From: Octopus bimaculoides
Taxonomy: Eukaryota
Direction: 5' to 3'
Length of the DNA: 36,366 bases
Assembly: GCF_001194135.2 (NCBI RefSeq)
Contig: NC_069002.1
Location: 26,687,337-26,723,702, forward strand
Shown in pieces: positions 32,934 to 36,366 of this stretch. The translations under genes were made by a program, and so were the position numbers. The notes below the pieces were generated by a model. That model was not told the DNA's origin, ran no database searches, and worked only from the letters and a program-made list of their open reading frames with translations. Every line of letters starts with the position of its first letter. The first letter of the stretch is position 1.

Positions 32934-33748
32934 CAATGAATCCGGCGGGGTACACAAATGGAGATATGCCAATACATTTTGTCTCTATTTTCTAAGAAAA
33001 TATAAAGAAAAATAACATCAAAATTAGGGTTTCTTGTGACAACCGTATAAAAGGGTAAAAATAGATTGAAATATTCAAAATTAATTCCTTAATTGTATTT
33101 TACCATCCTTTATTTGTCGTGTCAAGGTGAACCCCGGAATATTCGTGTCTATATTTAATTAAAATTGCTATTTCATCAGCTCAGACACCTCGACTTACCA
33201 CGAATACAAAACATTTTGCAGTTTATGAGGAAGAATACGGAAAAATTGTTATGAAAATATCTTAACTATTTTGACCACACGCATTCATATATAAATGAAC
33301 ACACACACATACGCACGGGGCGTTCTTTTCTTTATTATTATTATCATTAGATAATAGCCTAATTAATTTAATGCTTAATTTCGATTTATTTGATTTCTGG
33401 TTGCAACAATAACAATATGAGAAGTATATGAAAAGTCTCGATGATGCTAGTTCGTTTCTTGGTGAACCAAGAGAAGGAAGGAGGACTTTACCCCACGCCG
33501 CTTGTCTTCACATGTTTCAACATATTTACATTTACCATTGTATTGCTCTTTGATCTCCTTCTCTCTCTCCCTCCCTCTCACACACACACATTTCTCCTCT
33601 AAACCCTCACCCCTCTCTCTCCCTCTCTCTTTCGTTCCGCTGTACACGAATGTATATGTGTTTGTTTATATATGAGCGAGGAATGTGTGCGGGTGTGTAC
33701 GTTAAAGTGGGCATAAATATTACTTCGATAGTGCATCTGCCGCTTATA

Positions 33749-33842
<94 letters not shown>

Positions 33843-33941
33843 CATGCATACATACATACATACATAGAGAGAGAATAGACAAGCAAAACGTGATATCACA
33901 ACGGCCTTTAATTTATAATTTAAACTTAGTGCAGAGTAGTT

Positions 33942-33990
<49 letters not shown>

Positions 33991-34021
33991 ATTAACTTCA
34001 GGGATAGATTGCTATAACACA

Positions 34022-34055
<34 letters not shown>

Positions 34056-34197
34056 GTATCTACCTCCATACAGCCATGCATGCAGACACAAGACACAAAT
34101 GAATAGATTTTGTTCGTTCCTTCTTGCAGCTGAGTATGAAAACGAAATTAGCGCATTATGTATGTGTGTATATATATATATGAATATTTACCTCACC

Positions 34198-34239
<42 letters not shown>

Positions 34240-34956
34240 GTGTGTATATGTGTATAAAAATGTGTGTGAGAGGTATGATTGGTATTATAATGGACGGAAA
34301 AGAATTGAACATTTAAAGCAGAGTGTACATGATGTTTTTTTAATAACTCAAATTGTAAACAGAGTGACTCGGGGGGCGCAGAGTGTCGTGCTAGGGGGCA
34401 ATAGTTTCGTGCCGAGGCACTTTACAGAATAAGTTTGGTAAGTGCCTTGATATAGCAACAACGGCATTCGATTCCTTTGAGTCGAGCCTGTAGCAATTTC
34501 AGCTAATGAAATATTTGGAGGCTTGATCATCCTTGGTTGTGTCAACTAGAAGTGGTTGTTTTTGAACGCCCAACAACGGCTTAACTGACCAAAACTTCGA
34601 AGTCAGTCAGTAACATTCTAGTTTAAGAATAATAAATTTGTACTCCACAAAAGTATTGAATAACCCATCAGATTAATGTAAAATTGTTTTAATTATAATT
34701 GAGCATATATATATCGACTTTAAATAGAGCTCAAAACTGATCCATTGAAAATACTTTATTATAATAATAATGAAAATGACCTATGAACATTTCGATGCAA
34801 CATCCAGAACGATTCATACATATTATAAAATATTCTAAAATATGGGATACTACATCTCCTCGGGGTCCTATTATTATTGTTATTAAGTTTAACAGATTCT
34901 ATATTCTTTTGCCAAATTTTTGGTATAAAAAAATATATAAAAACACATACACACAT

Positions 34957-35009
<53 letters not shown>

Positions 35010-35194
35010 NNNNNNNNNNNNNNNNNNNNNNNNNNNNNNNNNNNNNNNNNNNNNNNNNNNNNNNNNNNNNNNNNNNNNNNNNNNNNNNNNNNNNNNNNNN
35101 NNNNNNNNNNNNNNNNNNNNNNNNNNNNNNNNNNNNNNNNNNNNNNNNNNNNNNNNNNNNNNNNNNNNNNNNNNNNNNNNNNNNNNNNTATATA

Positions 35195-36065
35195 CAAGGT
35201 GTGTTCAAAAGAATACCCGACCTTGTTTTTCCCCAATCAAAACTAATATATGGACAAAATCCTTCAGGTGGAAGGTGATGCCACCTTTCCTGTGCAGGCA
35301 TGAACATCTTTGACGCGGGTAGGCCTTGTCAGTTCTCGACTGTTATGCCTAGAGTATAGAGATGAAGTGCATGTTTGTCAGCTTTTCATTTTCACGCAAG
35401 ATGACAGAACACATCAAGCTGAGATCATACATAAACCCATGTCTCATCACCAGTGATGATGGTCTTCATGGAGTCTGGATCGTGGTTTGCAGAGTCTAGC
35501 ATGCCCTGAGCAATTTTCTTGTGGAGTTGCTTCTACTGCTCCACCAGCACCTTAGGGACAAATTTCACCGACATTCTCTGCTTGCACAAATCTTCCATTC
35601 AACTGGAATGCACTGATCCTGCACTAATTCCTACTTTGTGAGCAATTTCCTGCTTTGTTACATGACAGTCTTCCATGACTATCTGTCAAACCTTCTCAAT
35701 CTGCTCCTTATTTTGTGGATGGTCTGCCTGAGCATGCTTCACTCTCCACTGAGGTGCAGCCATGTTTGAAATTGTTATACAATTTCTTGAGCTTAGTTTT
35801 ATCCATGGCATTGTCACCAAAGGCCTGCTGAATCTCCTGAATGGTTTTAGCTTGAGAATTATCAAACTTTTGGCAAAACTTGCTGCAATGTCTCTCCTCG
35901 ATATGTTTGGTGAAACCAAAATTCCAACGAGCGCTCACAACACATCTGTACTCTAGGCATAACAGCCAGGAACTGACATAACCTTATTGGCACAAAACTT
36001 TTTACGCATGTGCCTGAAGGGTGGCATCACCTATCACCCAAACGATTTTGCCCACATGGTGTTAG
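35195..36065 (-). mobile_element. Mariner (Tc1/mariner) relic with an internally deleted transposase and long inverted ends
   Basis: Minus strand reads IEERHCSKFCQKFDNSQAKTIQEIQQAFGDNAMDKTKLKKLYNNFKHGCTSVESEACSGRPST (HTH), then QEIAHKVGISAGSV, KFVPKVL and IITGDETWVY (TGDETWVY at 35431-35454, first catalytic D). The left end is TA|CAAGGTGTGTTCAAAA, and 35240-35360 is an inverted copy of 35945-36065. Confidence 0.9.
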
Positions 36066-36084
36066 CCTTTACTTATTTTAGTCG

Positions 36085-36240
36085 ATAGACTCCAGCTGTG
36101 TAAGAATATGTCTGGCCACAGGGGAATATTACTTTGCTTGGTAACAGGCGAGGAATGGCAGCAGTAAAGGCATCCAGCTGTAAGAAATCTGCTTCATCAA
36201 CATTCTGCTAGCATGGAGATGTTAAAAAGATGATGATGAT
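36085..36240 (+). mobile_element. RTE-tail SINE 3' part with (GAT)n
   Basis: gaatatgtctggccacaggggaatattac.ttgcttgg.aacagg...ggcatccagctgta...gctagcatgg...gttaaaaagatgatgatgat; same body as 2000-2400. Confidence 0.75.
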
Positions 36241-36261
36241 ACACATATTTGTTGCTTAATA

Positions 36262-36306
<45 letters not shown>

Positions 36307-36319
36307 ATGCCTGTCATGC

Positions 36320-36366
36320 TTCCCCACCACATGGTTCCAGGTTCAGTCCCACTGCACAGCTCCTTG
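36320..36366 (+). mobile_element. SINE family A head, truncated by the window end
   Basis: gcttccccaccacatggttccaggttcagtcccactgcacagc.ccttg. Confidence 0.8.

Noticed and set aside
1-36366. Long ORFs in the track made of YI, CV, HT, SL or X runs (for example 4759-5375, 17365-18396, 31293-32323, 33599-34102)
   Set aside because: They arise from (AT)n, (GT)n and (CT)n microsatellites and N-gaps that lack stop codons; they are not coding.

Overview
AT-rich, repeat-dominated animal genomic DNA from a fragmented short-read assembly. There are 11 N-gaps, nearly all abutting (AT)n or (CT)n runs. The SINE, MITE and microsatellite content matches what I recall of coleoid cephalopods, most likely Octopus; this is recognition from memory, not a database result. 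I could not identify any host protein-coding gene, tRNA, rRNA or CRISPR array. Most ORFs in the supplied track are artefacts of dinucleotide or trinucleotide repeats and N-runs. Best-supported content: about 30 copies of several tRNA-head or RTE-tail SINE families; a decayed pogo/Tigger transposase (14.5-16.3 kb) interrupted by a TTAA-flanked MITE that is itself interrupted by a SINE; a mariner relic with unusually long inverted ends (35.2-36.1 kb); an RTE LINE 3' fragment (6.9-7.25 kb); several MITEs with visible TIRs and TSDs; a 300-bp foldback; an (AAT)n-flanked non-LTR-like repeat; and two decayed hammerhead-like motifs. CpG content rises from about 24.7 to 34.6 kb, where candidate promoter and first-exon signals lie. 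A few weak splice-bounded candidate exons are listed at low confidence. I found no evidence strong enough to claim a new biological system; the findings are leads. Coordinates of repeat copies are approximate unless TIRs or TSDs are quoted.
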